DNA from: Lama guanicoe
Taxonomy: Eukaryota
DNA: 64,000 nucleotides
Assembly (NCBI GenBank): GCA_013239625.1
Contig: MU054187.1
Span: 16,446,941-16,510,940 of the forward strand
Reading direction: 5' to 3'
Part shown: positions 48,831 through 61,379 of the stretch, one piece after another
Layout of the letters: each line of letters starts with the position of its first letter
How positions within the stretch are numbered: the stretch's first letter is position 1
Notes under the pieces: generated by a model
Told to the model about the DNA's origin: nothing
Database searches by the model: none
The model's input: only the letters and a program-made list of their open reading frames with translations
Made by a program: the position numbers and the translations under genes

Positions 48831-51549
48831 TATTTTTCTTTCCCTGAGGAATCCATATTGCTTTCTTCTTTTTGCCTCTTCAGTCAAGTCTCCATTACCA
48901 TAGGTTATGTACAAGGACAGGATACCATAAATAATACAAAATCTTGATGAAACATTATTATACTCAATATATGTTACAAAATGGACTACATGCAAGCATA
49001 TTGATGAAAAGCTAAACCTAGTGTTTGTGAGCTTAATTGGCATCCTGTGGATGCCGTCTGAAAGTCTGAACATTCTATTAAGTAACAGAAAACAGTGTAG
49101 AAATTGCTTGATGAAAAGTTTGTAGAAATAGTCTGTTATTTTTTATTAGTCCTGCTTGCTTTTTAAGCATCACAACAGACCCTCTGCACCTTTAGTCTGT
49201 CTTTGAGCAAGTGTCATTTGTTGCATAGGTAAACCAGATCCTACATCATCCGCCACGTGGTTCAGCTTAGCATTATCAATGATCTCATTCCTGTGAGCTA
49301 GTACAACAGAGCTCAGTCTCTTCTCTCTGTCACTTGACCTCACAGTAGCAGCACAGCCTACAGAGGCCACACCCTAATGTTGTTTCCATCCATTTACTTC
49401 CTCTGTGTCCCATGGCGCTATTTTGATTAAGTTAGGCCACTGGAAGTGGCATCACGGTCAAATCCCTGGAGCAGGTTCACTCCGGGGCGGACGGCTGTCT
49501 CAATATTCAGTGATAGCCTTGTCTTTTGGGGGCCAACATGGAAGGACTTTGTCGTGTCATTTTCCTCTTTCACTTATTTTATATGGCTTAATGAACAGAA
49601 TGAAGATCCATGAGAAATTATTTTTGTTCTTCATTTAAATCATAAATTACCATTTTATATTAAAGTATCATTTGTAGAGTGTCTCTCCTCCCACCCCCAC
49701 TATTGAATACTTTCACTTTTCAAAATGTAAAGCATTATGTCTTCACCTCTGCTCAACCCATGTTTTCATTAGCAAAAAATAGAAAGGGACTGGATTGGGG
49801 TTGGGATGGGTGAGTAGAAGTTCCTAGGTGGCAGAAGCAACAATTTGTTGATTTTTCATGGAATTTCTAACTGTAGATACCTTGTAAGATACGTTGTCCT
49901 GATTTGGGTTCATTTTAATTTCATGCATGCATTTAACATCTATTACCATGTTTTCAAACAGTCAAATTGCTCACATTCCAAACCATCTCCTCTGTGCTGT
50001 CACCACCACCACCCTCTTGTTGCCGCATCATGTTCCTGTCAATATCGTTTTTGACTCCCAGGTTGCTCAGACCCAAATTTACCATTCCAACTATAGCCAC
50101 TGTATAGGCCCTTATGCACGCGTATTTCTGATTTTTTTTTTTTTTGCTCCATAAATGTGCTTTCTGGTTTCCTTTGTGAAAAGAAGCAGGGTATAAATTG
50201 CCAAATTTTTTTAAATGGTTATTATGTCTATTACATACCCCCAAATTAATATCATATTTTCCTCTGCATTTACTTAATTGACCACAGCTTGCCTTAGTTT
50301 TCCAATAATGATGAAGGAATTTACCATGAGATATCCATACTTAATCAATACACATTATGGCCAACTCTTAACTCAGGACCATGAATAGCTGTCAAGCAGG
50401 GGTTTCCAGGCAGTGAGTTATCCGTCCTGGAAACCTTATTAAATGACATTACACACCAGAGGCACCAGGCTGGGCATGAACGATACAGCAATGTACACAA
50501 CCCACATCTGTTCTCCTAGTCTAAAGTAGAAGCCAGACCAAAAAAGAAACAAAACAAAACAAAAATCGTTGCAACGCAGTGCGGCAGGCACTCTTAAGAG
50601 TGTTGTGCTGGGGGAGGTGGGGAGCTGGTGTCGGGGAGGAGAGTAAATGTGCAGATGTGAGACAGTGGAGGTCATCAGGGACCTGGAACTAGTTCACTGA
50701 GGCTGGTCAGACACCATTTGAGAAGGCAGGTCTCTAGAGGTGGATTCAGCAGGGCTTAGCACAGGGGTTTGTTCTGAGTGTGATGGGCAGTCATTGGAGG
50801 CTTTTAAGAAGAGGTGGGAGGGGGGACGCAGAGTGGGGCAGTGATGTGGTCAGATTTGCATTCTGGAAGAGCACAGAAAAGTATCAGTACAGAGCAATGT
50901 ACCGCTACATTGATGTCCTGGCTCACTACAAAAGAAGATCAGAGGTCTTTAAGCATTTCCCAGTTTCTAAATCTGTAATGCTTTTGTTTGCTTTGTACAC
51001 CACCTGATGACACTAGTGGATCAATCACGGTAGTCCCTGTTTTACAAATTGGACATGAATGGAGTGCTGTGGGGCTCTTTGACTAGTTTAGGGGCATGAA
51101 TGGTTTGTACCCAAGTCTGTCTCACTCGACACCATGGCCTCTCTACACCCCTGGCCTCCCGCGCCCCAACCTCTCTCCCTCGTTTGTGGATGAGAACCCT
51201 GGTTCAGAGAGGGCAGTGTTTTGCTGAAGCTCCTGCAGATAACTGAGCAGGGCTTGGGCAAGAACACAGAACTCCAGATTCACAGGGAAAGCATGATGCC
51301 TGTGTCTCCTTATCAGAACAGACAGGATGTGAGGAGCCCAGGTGAGAAGGGAGATCAAAGACCAGATGCCAGGGGTAGAACATTGAGGTGCATAGCAGAG
51401 GGAGTCCTGGAGCCCGAGCCACAGGTGATGGTGGACCAGTGACTTCCGACTGGTCACCAGAGAGGTCAGTTCATTTTAGATTCTGACCCAGATACTTCCA
51501 TTCATGAAATTTATTATCACAGTTAAGGGGCATAGTTTTCCTGTGGAAC

Positions 51550-51800
51550 ATCATTCATTCATTTAAAACAAATACATTCATCTCTTATTACGTGCCGGGA
51601 ACTATCTTGAGTGCTGAGGATGCAAAGGAGGGAACACTGTCCCTTTTCTTCACGGAGCTTGGATAGATGTACAAGTACATCAACAAGTAAATGACAGCAC
51701 AACGTGCTGAGTGGGGAAACGGGAGTGAAAACTGCTCTCTGGGAGCACAGTGGACAGAGGTGGTCACGGAGCCTTCGGCGGGGCTTGAGCCAGGCCACAT
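51550..51800 (-). mobile_element. L2 3' end fragment
   Basis: tcattcattcattt...tacgtgccgggaactatcttgagtgctgaggatgcaaag...cttcacggagctt. Confidence 0.7.
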
Positions 51801-53479
51801 CTGGTCTTAGTTGTATGAGGTGCATGAGAAATTACCAGGTAGAGTGGGGAAATAGGAAAACATGGTGTGAGATACATAAATAAGTTATAAATTAAAAAGA
51901 GAAAACAAATGAGATTTTTATTGTGCCTTAATATCAAGCATTGTGGCAATTACGTCCCTCTCATCTGTAATTAGGTTTTTAGGTAAATGTCATGTTAAAG
52001 AGTTTTATCATTTTTATGACTTCTGAGCTCCACACAGAGTCTGGGATGGGGGAGGCCTGTGACACCTTTACTGGTTTTGTCTGTTAAACAACCGCTTTTC
52101 CTAAACGTGAACCATCCAGGCTTCAGTGTGACGTGAATCTGGGCGTGTATTTTGAGGATAAACTTAAAAAAAAATCAGTTTTTCAGTGGTACAGTGCTGA
52201 TTTGTGAATTAAATACTCTCCACATATTAGAATAAAATTATTTCAAAAGTGACTTTAACAAATCTCTGTTTTTACTTAGGTGTTTATATTTTGAAAATTA
52301 AAAAATCTAATTTTGGTGAAAATCTGAAATTCCCCTCAGACCTTAAATGTTCAAAATCATTTTCCTTTTTGTTTATCTGATTTGGTGTTTCCACCCACTG
52401 CAGATGTTATTCCTTTATTTTCAAGACAAATTACTGTATTTGAGAGAAATGTTGAATGAGGTAACCCATGAACAAAAATCTGTTCCCCCATTTGCTGTGC
52501 TGCGTAATCCGCTCTTGGACTTCATACCTGCTCCTTTTGGTTACCGTTTAACTAGGCAGTCTGTTAACTGAAATCCCTCCCAGGTGGGGTGGGCTGACTC
52601 TCAGCTTTTCACTTTCCTGGCATATACTGCAGTGATCTGTGTGGTCCTGCTGGTGAAGTCTCGGTGATGAACCGTTAAAGAAAAGGTCTGCCCCCAAGCC
52701 ACGGAGTTGGTTGATGGCCAGGCAGTAATCCTGTACAATTAACTATCAAAGATTTGAGCACTACATTATTGTAAGAGATGGAAGTGTAGCTGTTTGGAAA
52801 AGCAGAGATGATTGATCATCTGGCTAAGTTTGGGTTTGGAGATACATTTCAATAGTTAAATTCATTCTTAATGACATTTAGGTATTTCAAACTTTTGTCA
52901 TCTTGAGCTCTAATTTTGTTCATTTTATTCAATTCCAAGGTAAAAATTAGAAGAATTTGTTTAGTCTTTACCAAGGATAGAAATGCTTCCTTTACAATAT
53001 ATGCTTCAAGCCTCTCTTGGAATGAAATAGGATATGAATAAATAAAATACTCTCCATGAGGATCGTTTGGAACTGTCATATTAGGTGGGGAAGTGACGTA
53101 AGTGATTATTTTTTAAGATCTGTTGTTCAAAGTTTATATTGTTCAGCTATTTCTAGTGACAGAAACTATAAATATTCATTTTGTACCTTTTAAAATATCC
53201 TTTTGGCAATTCAAGCAATCACCCAGTCCACTGATAGGAATCTAAAGACTGTATTTTTTTTTGACTGTGCTCTATAATGCATATTGAGTTTGTTATATAA
53301 GGAAGGATTGCTTTCTCATTTTGACTGGTTTTTATTGTTTCTCTTAAGAGCTTTTTTTAAATTTCTAAAGATGCACTTAACGTTCAGCACAATAGGTAGC
53401 TATGCATACTCAGAGATCAGTATCTCAGCACCTTACCCAGTGAAACAGTATGTCAAGACTCTAGCTTTTGAGTGGATAC

Positions 53480-53700
53480 ACATTCATTTATCCATCCTTT
53501 CATTAATATTCCTTCATCCCTGAGCACTCACCATGTGCTGACAGCAGGTTTGGCACTAAGGATAAAGGGTCAAACAGACAGATACTTACTTGCCTTCATG
53601 GAGCTTGCAGTTTGGAAGTGAAGTTAAACACTTTAAAATCATGTATCTGATAAACTGAGACACACTCTGTGAAAGAGATGCATAAACAAACGACTTTAAT
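53480..53700 (-). mobile_element. L2 3' end fragment
   Basis: cattcatttatccatcc...tgagcactcaccatgtgc...tgccttcatggagcttgcagt. Confidence 0.7.
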
Positions 53701-54366
53701 CCTCTATCCGGGAAGCTGGGGGAGGGTTTTCTGAATCAGAAAGGATCACAGGCAGTTCAAAGTCAGCCTGGCTCTCAGTAGGGGACCTGGATTGACTTCC
53801 TGGATTTTTGCAGTATCGTCCCGGGGGTGTTTCGGAAATCCGTGGAGACGATGTTGGCGATCACAGTAATAGATTTCTAAGGCGTTTCCCAGGTGTGTCT
53901 CAGGTCGTGAGAGCTTCTGCTAGATTTCTGAGAGCTGACGGTCAGCTTTTCAGTGCCTTTTAGCTAGACTATTAGAACTGGTGTTACCACAGTATTTTTC
54001 TACCACTTTGAAAAATTATATCGCAAAGCTTCCTCATGAAATGTGAGTTGCAAGAGCAAGACACTTGTAAGCAGGTGCATTTGTGCTGGTGAATTCACAG
54101 TGATGCCACATATGGATGCAAGCACATGCCTCCTTCATCACACACGTGGCCGTGCCTCAGCTTCTCCAAGATGAAATATGAATTGTTTTATTTTCCATTC
54201 CTTTGATTTTAATCTCTTCTTTTACGTAAGTTAGGGCATTATATTGATTTGTTTGATTTCTGTGTGTAATGTTAATGATAATGTTATATGCGATTTTATT
54301 TCACTATAGTAAAGGGGACGTTATAAAAAGAGAGCCTTGGATCTGAAGAGATGAAAACTGCTGTTT

Positions 54367-54493
54367 GATTTATTTTTTTAAATTTATTAATTTTTGTTGA
54401 TAGGGAGGTAATTAGGTTTGGAGATACTGGGGATGGAACCCAGGACCTTGTGCATTCTAGGCATGCCCTCTACCACTGGGCTATACCCTCCCC
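54367..54493 (-). mobile_element. tRNA-Ala-derived SINE (Vic-1-like) lacking the central A-rich spacer
   Basis: Reverse complement reads ggggagggtatagcccagtggtagagggcatgcctagaatgcacaaggtcctgggttccatccccagtatctcc-aaacctaattacctccc. Degenerate TSD tgaaaactgctgttt / tgaaaactaccattt. Confidence 0.92.
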
Positions 54494-56599
54494 TGAAAAC
54501 TACCATTTTAAGTAATACATGTGTTTTTAAATATAAGCAAATTGCTTTAACATTCAGACTGAAAAATCACTTGATTCTCTAATTTTGGAATGTTTCATCA
54601 GTAAAGCCCCTCCATTCTTAAATGAGACTTGAAAGCAAATGGTCTCCTTTTTGACTGCTTTCTGGCCTGATTTTTAGAGTCATCTCTTTGACTTCATAGA
54701 CAGAAAGATGCCAAGGGAAACATGTTACAATAGATCATTTGGGAATATTTGCCCTCAGCTGTCTTGCTTGGGCTATTTAGTACTAATTTCACTGGATAGA
54801 ATAGTCTAAAATTGAAAGGCCATTTGGAGAAAAATTACTTACAAATAAAATCAAGATTTTTAGAATGCTTTCTTGAAGTGGGTCTACTCCTCTGGAGGAC
54901 AGCCAGTCGTTCAATGAAAACACATTGAGATGCTTTACAAGAATACTTTGTTTTAATAGATACCATCCTGAATGAGTAAGACACCATCCCTCTAGTGCTA
55001 CAAAGAAAGGATGACTGGTTTCTGGTCCAGAACACCCAATTACATTCTTAGTATTTATAGAGATAGCTTCTTGGAGATTATAGGAAGTCTGAAGTCAGGA
55101 GAAAAGAAGCACCAACAGGGCAGTAATTATGCCTGTATTAGACATAGGAACTTCTAGTTGCAAATAAATATGTATATATATAGAAGAATACAATTGAGAT
55201 GACTAGGAATATAGGTAATAGTGAAAGTCCAGGAAGTCAGATTTGGGAAAAGAATTTAACATCTTTCTTGACTTTCCTGTTAACTTTTTGTGAACATCAA
55301 ATGAGATAATATGTAAACAATATTTTGTAAGTTCCAAGTCTAAGGTGGTTTTTGTTCACAAGCTTTCAAATATCCATAATACTAGAATTAAGATGTGTTA
55401 ACAAGAATTTACCAGGTGAAAGCCGGCAAGTTGGAAACACGTGATAAAACCAGATATATTCATTTTTCTCAGGGATGCTATAATCGTAAATTTTGAATGA
55501 TCAATTTTTATGCTATTTATTTGTGGAGGCTCAGATAAATATAGACAGACCAATTTACATTTACCCCCCGGTCTCGTCTTTTTCTCGTCTTTTCCAAGAA
55601 AGTCTAGAATCTTCTTCCAAGATGCTGCCAGTTTGTAGTCCTCGCTTGTACTGTGTCTAAAAATGTTTTCTCAAATAGCTGCAATTTTAAGCTTTCTACT
55701 CCTCCAACAGAATTAAAGCAGTTACCACTTCCAGATGAAGTCTATGTACCAATGAACGTGAGGGAAGTGATGTTTGAAGGGCAAAGGGGTATTATTTTTT
55801 TCTCTGGAAATAATATCACACAAGATCTGTCCTTGAAAATTTCCTGCTTAAGAGGTGTTGAATCTGAGGGTTTCTCATGGCCCTCCTTTCTGTCTCTCTG
55901 GCCTCCTTATTAAACCTTGTTTTGCCCATGGCTTTTGTCCCCTGCAGACATCCCAATGGTAAGGATGAACAGCCATTCTTGCTGCTTCCTCTTTGCTCTG
56001 TGCCACCTTCCCTTATCAGGGCCGGAGTGTTCCCCCTTTAATGTAGGGGTCCTTCTGCCGCTCTGCTCTGTCTGGACCCACCTGTCACCACTAGTCACCT
56101 CCCAATCTATGGCTCAGAGTTTCCAGTGCCTGAGACGCTTCAGCCTCATGAGGACCTCAGATGGGAGAGGTAGCCATAGGCAGAACTCTTAACATTTGAT
56201 GAATAAACTCAATAACATGATTTATCAGTACATACAATAATGGTTGTAAATAAGCCAGTTTCTAAGGAAAACCCATAAATATCCTACTCGATTGTTATTG
56301 AGGAAATGAAGTCAAAAGAAAAACTCCAAATCTGCTTTGGTTCTATCTAAGAAATACTGACTATAAGCACTTCATACCAACTGCTTAAAACCTATGTCCA
56401 AGTACAATTGATAAGGGTAATGATTATGCCTGTTGCAGACGCTCTGGTTTCAAAGTGATAATAGGGGGGTGATTCCTCATTTAAACCTACATCTTAGCAT
56501 ATGGGTCCCGTTAATTTCTACATGTTTTTATTCTAGCAGCAGAACTTTATATTCATATGTTTCTGTCATTGACTTCTCTCATTACGTGATTTGACGGCA

Positions 56600-57060
56600 A
56601 TGTCTCAACAACAAAATGCAGGAAATACTGGGGCACGAAGAGTGCGTTAGGGGTTTTCTCTTAGTATTGGTCAGATCTTATAGATAAAGAGTTTAGGATT
56701 ACGTATTTTCAAAAAGCGATATGGAGAAATGTAAAAGAGACAAAGTTTGAGAAGACATTTAAACAGTTTCTCAAAGGACATTGCCAACGTCACTGAGACT
56801 AATTCATCTGGGAAGGAGGTGATGGGGGAATAGTTAGTAACGTGTGTCCAGAAGTCGAGCGGTTTTGCTTGTTTATTTCTCTCTGCTGGTCAGTTCTCTA
56901 GTTCCGTAGACCAACGGGGTTTACTGTGAAATTAAGAAGAGGTTTTTCTCCTATTGAGATCTTCTCAACTGACAGTGGATAATGAAGCATTAGAATAAGC
57001 TTAGCAAGGAAAGCCATGAAATCTCTGTCCTTGTGGCTCTTTGAAATCTTGGATGATTTA
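56600..57060 (+). mobile_element. Probable CR1/L3 3' relic
   Basis: tagaataagcttagcaaggaaagccatgaaatctctgtccttgtggctctttgaaatcttggatga resembles the L3 3' end; very diverged. Confidence 0.5.
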
Positions 57061-57187
57061 AGCAAAGCGTTAATCTAATCAGAGGCTTGTGTATAAAAGA
57101 GATGCCATTTGCTGCCTTTTTTTAATTGCCCATGTCTATTCATGTATAGAGGTAGAGATTGCTCCAAAAAGACCAATACTCTGAAAG

Positions 57188-57311
57188 TTGTTTTGGTGGG
57201 GGGGGTAACTAGGTTTATTTATGTATTTTGCTGATGGAGGTACTGGGGATTGAACCCAGAACCTCATGCATGGTAGGCACACACTCTACCACTGAGCTAT
57301 ACCCTCCTCCC
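57188..57311 (-). mobile_element. tRNA-Ala-derived SINE (Vic-1-like) with 14-bp TSD
   Basis: Reverse complement has A box tagctcagtggtagag and B box ggttcaatcc. TSD aaaagaccaatact (57167-57180) / aaaagaccaacact (57314-57327). Confidence 0.93.
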
Positions 57312-58397
57312 TGAAAAGACCAACACTTTAGTATCCAGCTCTGACCACATCCGCTCCAGCTAGTCTTTTCAAAGGCAATGTCAGTTCACCCCTATTTCTG
57401 ACCGTTAGTTTCAGGGTGCTGCTCCCTTTTAACCTACTACCGGGATTATGAACTGTTTTTAGCTATATTATTAAAGCAAAAGTCGTTTCTTCCCCTGCTG
57501 TGGCTTAAGCAGTATCTCGCTATTGTTCCCACTTTCTGGAATTCTGCACAATAGGTTCCAGACCTCGGTTAATTAACAGCTCTGTTAACACCTCCTTGTG
57601 CTCAAGTGGTTCAAACACAGCCTGCTGCGACATTATTTCTTAAAAGGTGAGGGCTAATGACCCAACTTTTAGTCACCATCTCAGAGGCGAGTTTTCAATC
57701 TCGTAAAAATTTTAAGTCAAGGAAGCTCAGCGTCGAAAGTCACGAGCTGTCGTAAAATGCTATTCCGGATACAGTTGGTTGGAATTGCCTGGGCACTCGG
57801 TAACCTAAAATACAAGTGAATAGTAATTCCACCTCATTTAGTTGTGTTTAAGGTGCTTGAGAGTTATGCTTAATAGACCATAAAAGTTATACCTTAAGAC
57901 GCTCCTTAAATGCAATAATAAATCCTTGTACAAAGCTCTCCCAGAAACTACAATTTTGAAAAATCATTATGAATGTTAACTAAACCTCACATTTTTCTGT
58001 ATGAAGACTGTTTGAGGATATAAAGTTTTAGATGTGCCAAAATTCTTAAAATGAATGAATCGTAGACCATAGCTTGGTCTATGCCCTCTTTCTGGTAATT
58101 TGGGTGGTGAATATTGAAATGTAGTTTTACTCAAATGTTAGTATTTTATATGCAAAGGTTAATATGTCTTGAATGAAATGAAGTTGTCTTCTCTAATAAT
58201 CAACCATAGAATATAATTCCAGCAGAAATCACCTCTAAGTGGCAGGGGACCAAAACCTGATGACAGTTTGATAGGTAACGTGATGTATGTGTTCTTGTAT
58301 CATTACTAAATTTTCGTGGGGTTAAGAGGAATTAAAAGACCAGAGCTTAGACTGCCACAAGAAGGGGAACAGAACAGATTATTCGCTGTCTGTTCCA

Positions 58398-58610
58398 TTG
58401 CCAGGCACAGTGCTGCTAGGTACAGCACACCTGTTATTTGATTTAATTTTCAAAACCAGCCAATGAGGCCATTATTATAGTCTTTAATAAAAAAGAATAG
58501 AAAACTGAGGCTTAGTGGTTAAATAATTTACTTAAGGTCATATTGCTATTAATTGAAGAAGCACACCCAAACTTTAATCTTCACAAATCCATGCTTTAGT
58601 CCATATCATA
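58398..58610 (-). mobile_element. MIR fragment
   Basis: tgccaggcacagtgct...gaaaactgaggcttagtggttaaataatttacttaaggtcat. Confidence 0.75.
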
Positions 58611-59716
58611 ACAGATATATGGCCTGACCATGGTTAAAATGCTAAGAGAAATCAGGAGAATCTTTCTAATGGGTCCCGTATCCCTCAGTGATGGAAAAAA
58701 CAGCTAGCACATAAGCTGTATTAAAACTAGTATACACAAACAGTACGGCACTTTGAAAAATGACTAATTATGTAACAGTAGGACTGCTGCATTTTCTAGA
58801 AATCTTGTGGAACAAGTATTAAAAAAGACAGGTTGAAAACATCATTTAGGTCGGTGGATGGCAAAGTTCTATTCAAATAATTGGGTTTTTGGTTAATTGG
58901 GCTTTTTTGGGTTTCAGTGTTTCTTTTCTCCAGCTTTCATGTGATTTGGCGGCCTCTGAGGCCTCAGAGAGGCCTCTGAGAGCTTAATCAGATCAGCCTT
59001 TTTGTGGGGCCATCACATGAGTTAACAAATTATTCGAAATTTACTATCACTTGGATATTTAAAGTGATGCATAGCATGGCATGTAAGCGCGGTTTTAATT
59101 TTTATCTCGCATGTAACTTCACTATATGAACAGTCTTTTCTATGAGGAAATATCCAATTTCAGTCATTGCTTGAAAAGTAAAAACACTTCATTTCTGTGA
59201 CCTTGGGCTGTGGATAATATTGAACACCTAGCTTATCGGTGATCAATAAGAGATACCCCGTGGGATTGGTAGACCTTACAAGGATTTCTAGATTTAAAAT
59301 CTTAATAGCAACTTTTCCAATTATTTTCCCCTTTTTTCTTTTCTGTACAGAATGGAGACTAGCAGGCAAAATAATGCTCAGAAGAATGTTTTGAGAGCAA
59401 TTGATTTAAATATTGATCTATGGAAATATTTTCTAATAATTCTTTAAAAGTTCTTTTGGAATGTGCAAAAAGGTGTTTGTATTGCTTTCCAAGTGCTAGT
59501 GAAAGGAACAATTTATTATCTCAGGAAAGTGGAATCTTTCCTTCCTCAAGAACGTGTTCTATTGGTCCAGCATGGTTTCGGGCACATGCCAGATGTTTTA
59601 TTAATGTGGTTTTCTTTCCCTTAACTAATATTCAGTTCCTCCCAGTCAAAACCCAGCAGAGACACTTCAGAGAATCAGAGTACCCTTGTTTTGTTCTCTG
59701 TCTCTCACAAAGGGAT

Positions 59717-59721
<5 letters not shown>

Positions 59722-59751
<30 letters not shown>
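59722..59751. repeat. (TG)15 microsatellite
   Basis: Read directly from the sequence. Confidence 0.97.
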
Positions 59752-59753
<2 letters not shown>

Positions 59754-59774
59754 CAGTTTATAACCTGACATGGG

Positions 59775-59895
59775 CAGAGGAATCAGCATGTCCTAAGCTT
59801 GCGTCCCAGCTTTATTACCAAGTAGGTAACAGAAGTGTCTTAAGTTCATAGGAGCTCAGTTTCCTCAGCAGTAAAATGGAGACTGAATGAGGTGA
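59775..59895 (+). mobile_element. MIR fragment
   Basis: gtcccagctttattacc...gagctcagtttcctcagcagtaaaatggaga. Confidence 0.6.
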
Positions 59896-60105
59896 AGTAA
59901 AAGCCCCGTACATCACCTTAAATTTGTTCAGTGTAATTTAGCGCCAGCCCTTCCATTTTCTTACCTCTTGTATTAATAACATTTCTGGGTTGGGACAAAT
60001 TCTTTAGGTTAGCCTTTTTATTTCCCTCAGTCTTGCCCTAATGACTGGGAAACACAGCTTGGGTCCTCCTGGCCCCTGGCTTCTTCATTCCCAAACCTCA
60101 TATGC

Positions 60106-60174
60106 TTTTTTTTTTTTAATTGAAGTATAGTCAGTTTACAATGTTGTGTCAGTTTCTGGTGTTCAGCACAATGT
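60106..60174 (-). mobile_element. Extremely truncated young L1 3' terminus
   Basis: Poly-T plus aattgaagtatagtcagtttacaatgttgtgtcagtttctggtgttcagcacaatgt. Confidence 0.85.
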
Positions 60175-61379
60175 TTGTTCGCCCAGAACTCATCTTTGCA
60201 CGTTGTCAGGTAAAATTGCCGTTCGTGGGTATCCAAGCCTTCTCAGAGACCTACTGCAAACAGACTGGGGAGAGAAAGAGGTATTTATTAGATACCTGCA
60301 CGGAGCTGTTTGTATGTGATTGCCTGACGTAATCGTGTTAGACATATGTGAGAAAGATAACATTAGCCATATTTAGAAAAGAAATTGAGCCTTCAAGGGA
60401 TTAACTTCTAAAAGACAGAGAGCTAGTGAGAGGTAGAGCAAAAGTGAAACTTTGAGCTGTCTATAAAACTTTGCTCTTCCAAAATACAATATTGCTGTCG
60501 AAAGAGAACTCCTTTTTTAAATGGAAGCACGTGGTTAGTCATTGGCCATGTTCTCTGGGCTCCGCATCTTGTAGAGATGGATTGAACATCCTGTCTGTGT
60601 GTAAATAAGTGCAATGAAAGGGAAAATATGTTAACACCGTAAAAGGGATTCAGATAAAATGCATTTTGGTTCAAAGGAGGACAAGGATATTTCTGGTTGT
60701 TGCAGTCAAGAAAGTCTTTTTCATCGAGGTGACATTTGAATTGGGCTTTCAATAGAGGGTGGAATTTGGATGTGTAAACCTAGGAAACTGGAAAGGGTAA
60801 ACCATGGGGAAAGCATGAATGGGGCGCATAGATATGGGAGTCACTTGTAGGTATTTAATAAAAAGAGGTGAACAGTTTGGTTTTTCTGGCACCCGAGGGC
60901 AAGGAATGGAATCATCAAGAAAGGAATGTGAAACCGTGAATGATGCATTAAGGATTTGGGAATTTGATAAACACTAGGGTGACATTGATGAATTGTGGCC
61001 ACAGGATTGGCATAATATGATACAGGAATAGTATTAGTGGTAATAAATAGTAACAATGCAGGTCATGATGCTAAGAATTCACCTGATGACTGTAGTCAAG
61101 CGAGCTCTTGGGATGATGACAGTAATTCCAGTGAGAAGTAAATGGCTTTGGGAGGGACAGTGGGAGCAGAGAGAAAGGTAGGGTTGAAGACAGTATTAGC
61201 ACAGATAAATCCTTCCAACCTTTTAGATGCCCAGGACAGGGGAAAGGAAGGCATCTGAAATGGAAGGCATCTGAAATGACACCCACATTTCTGTTTTGTA
61301 TCATAGTCAGAAACAGAGGGCACAGAGAGGGGGCAGAGGCAGGTGCAAAAAGAAAAATGACGGCTCATGTATGGATTGT

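Noticed and set aside
51970..51990. Other AG|GT motifs (tttttAG|GTAAAT at 51983; ctttcAAG|GTAATT near 32489; gtcAG|GTAAAA near 60210)
   Set aside because: Weaker pyrimidine tracts, competing upstream AGs or a rare AAG acceptor; much less convincing than the 24680 site.
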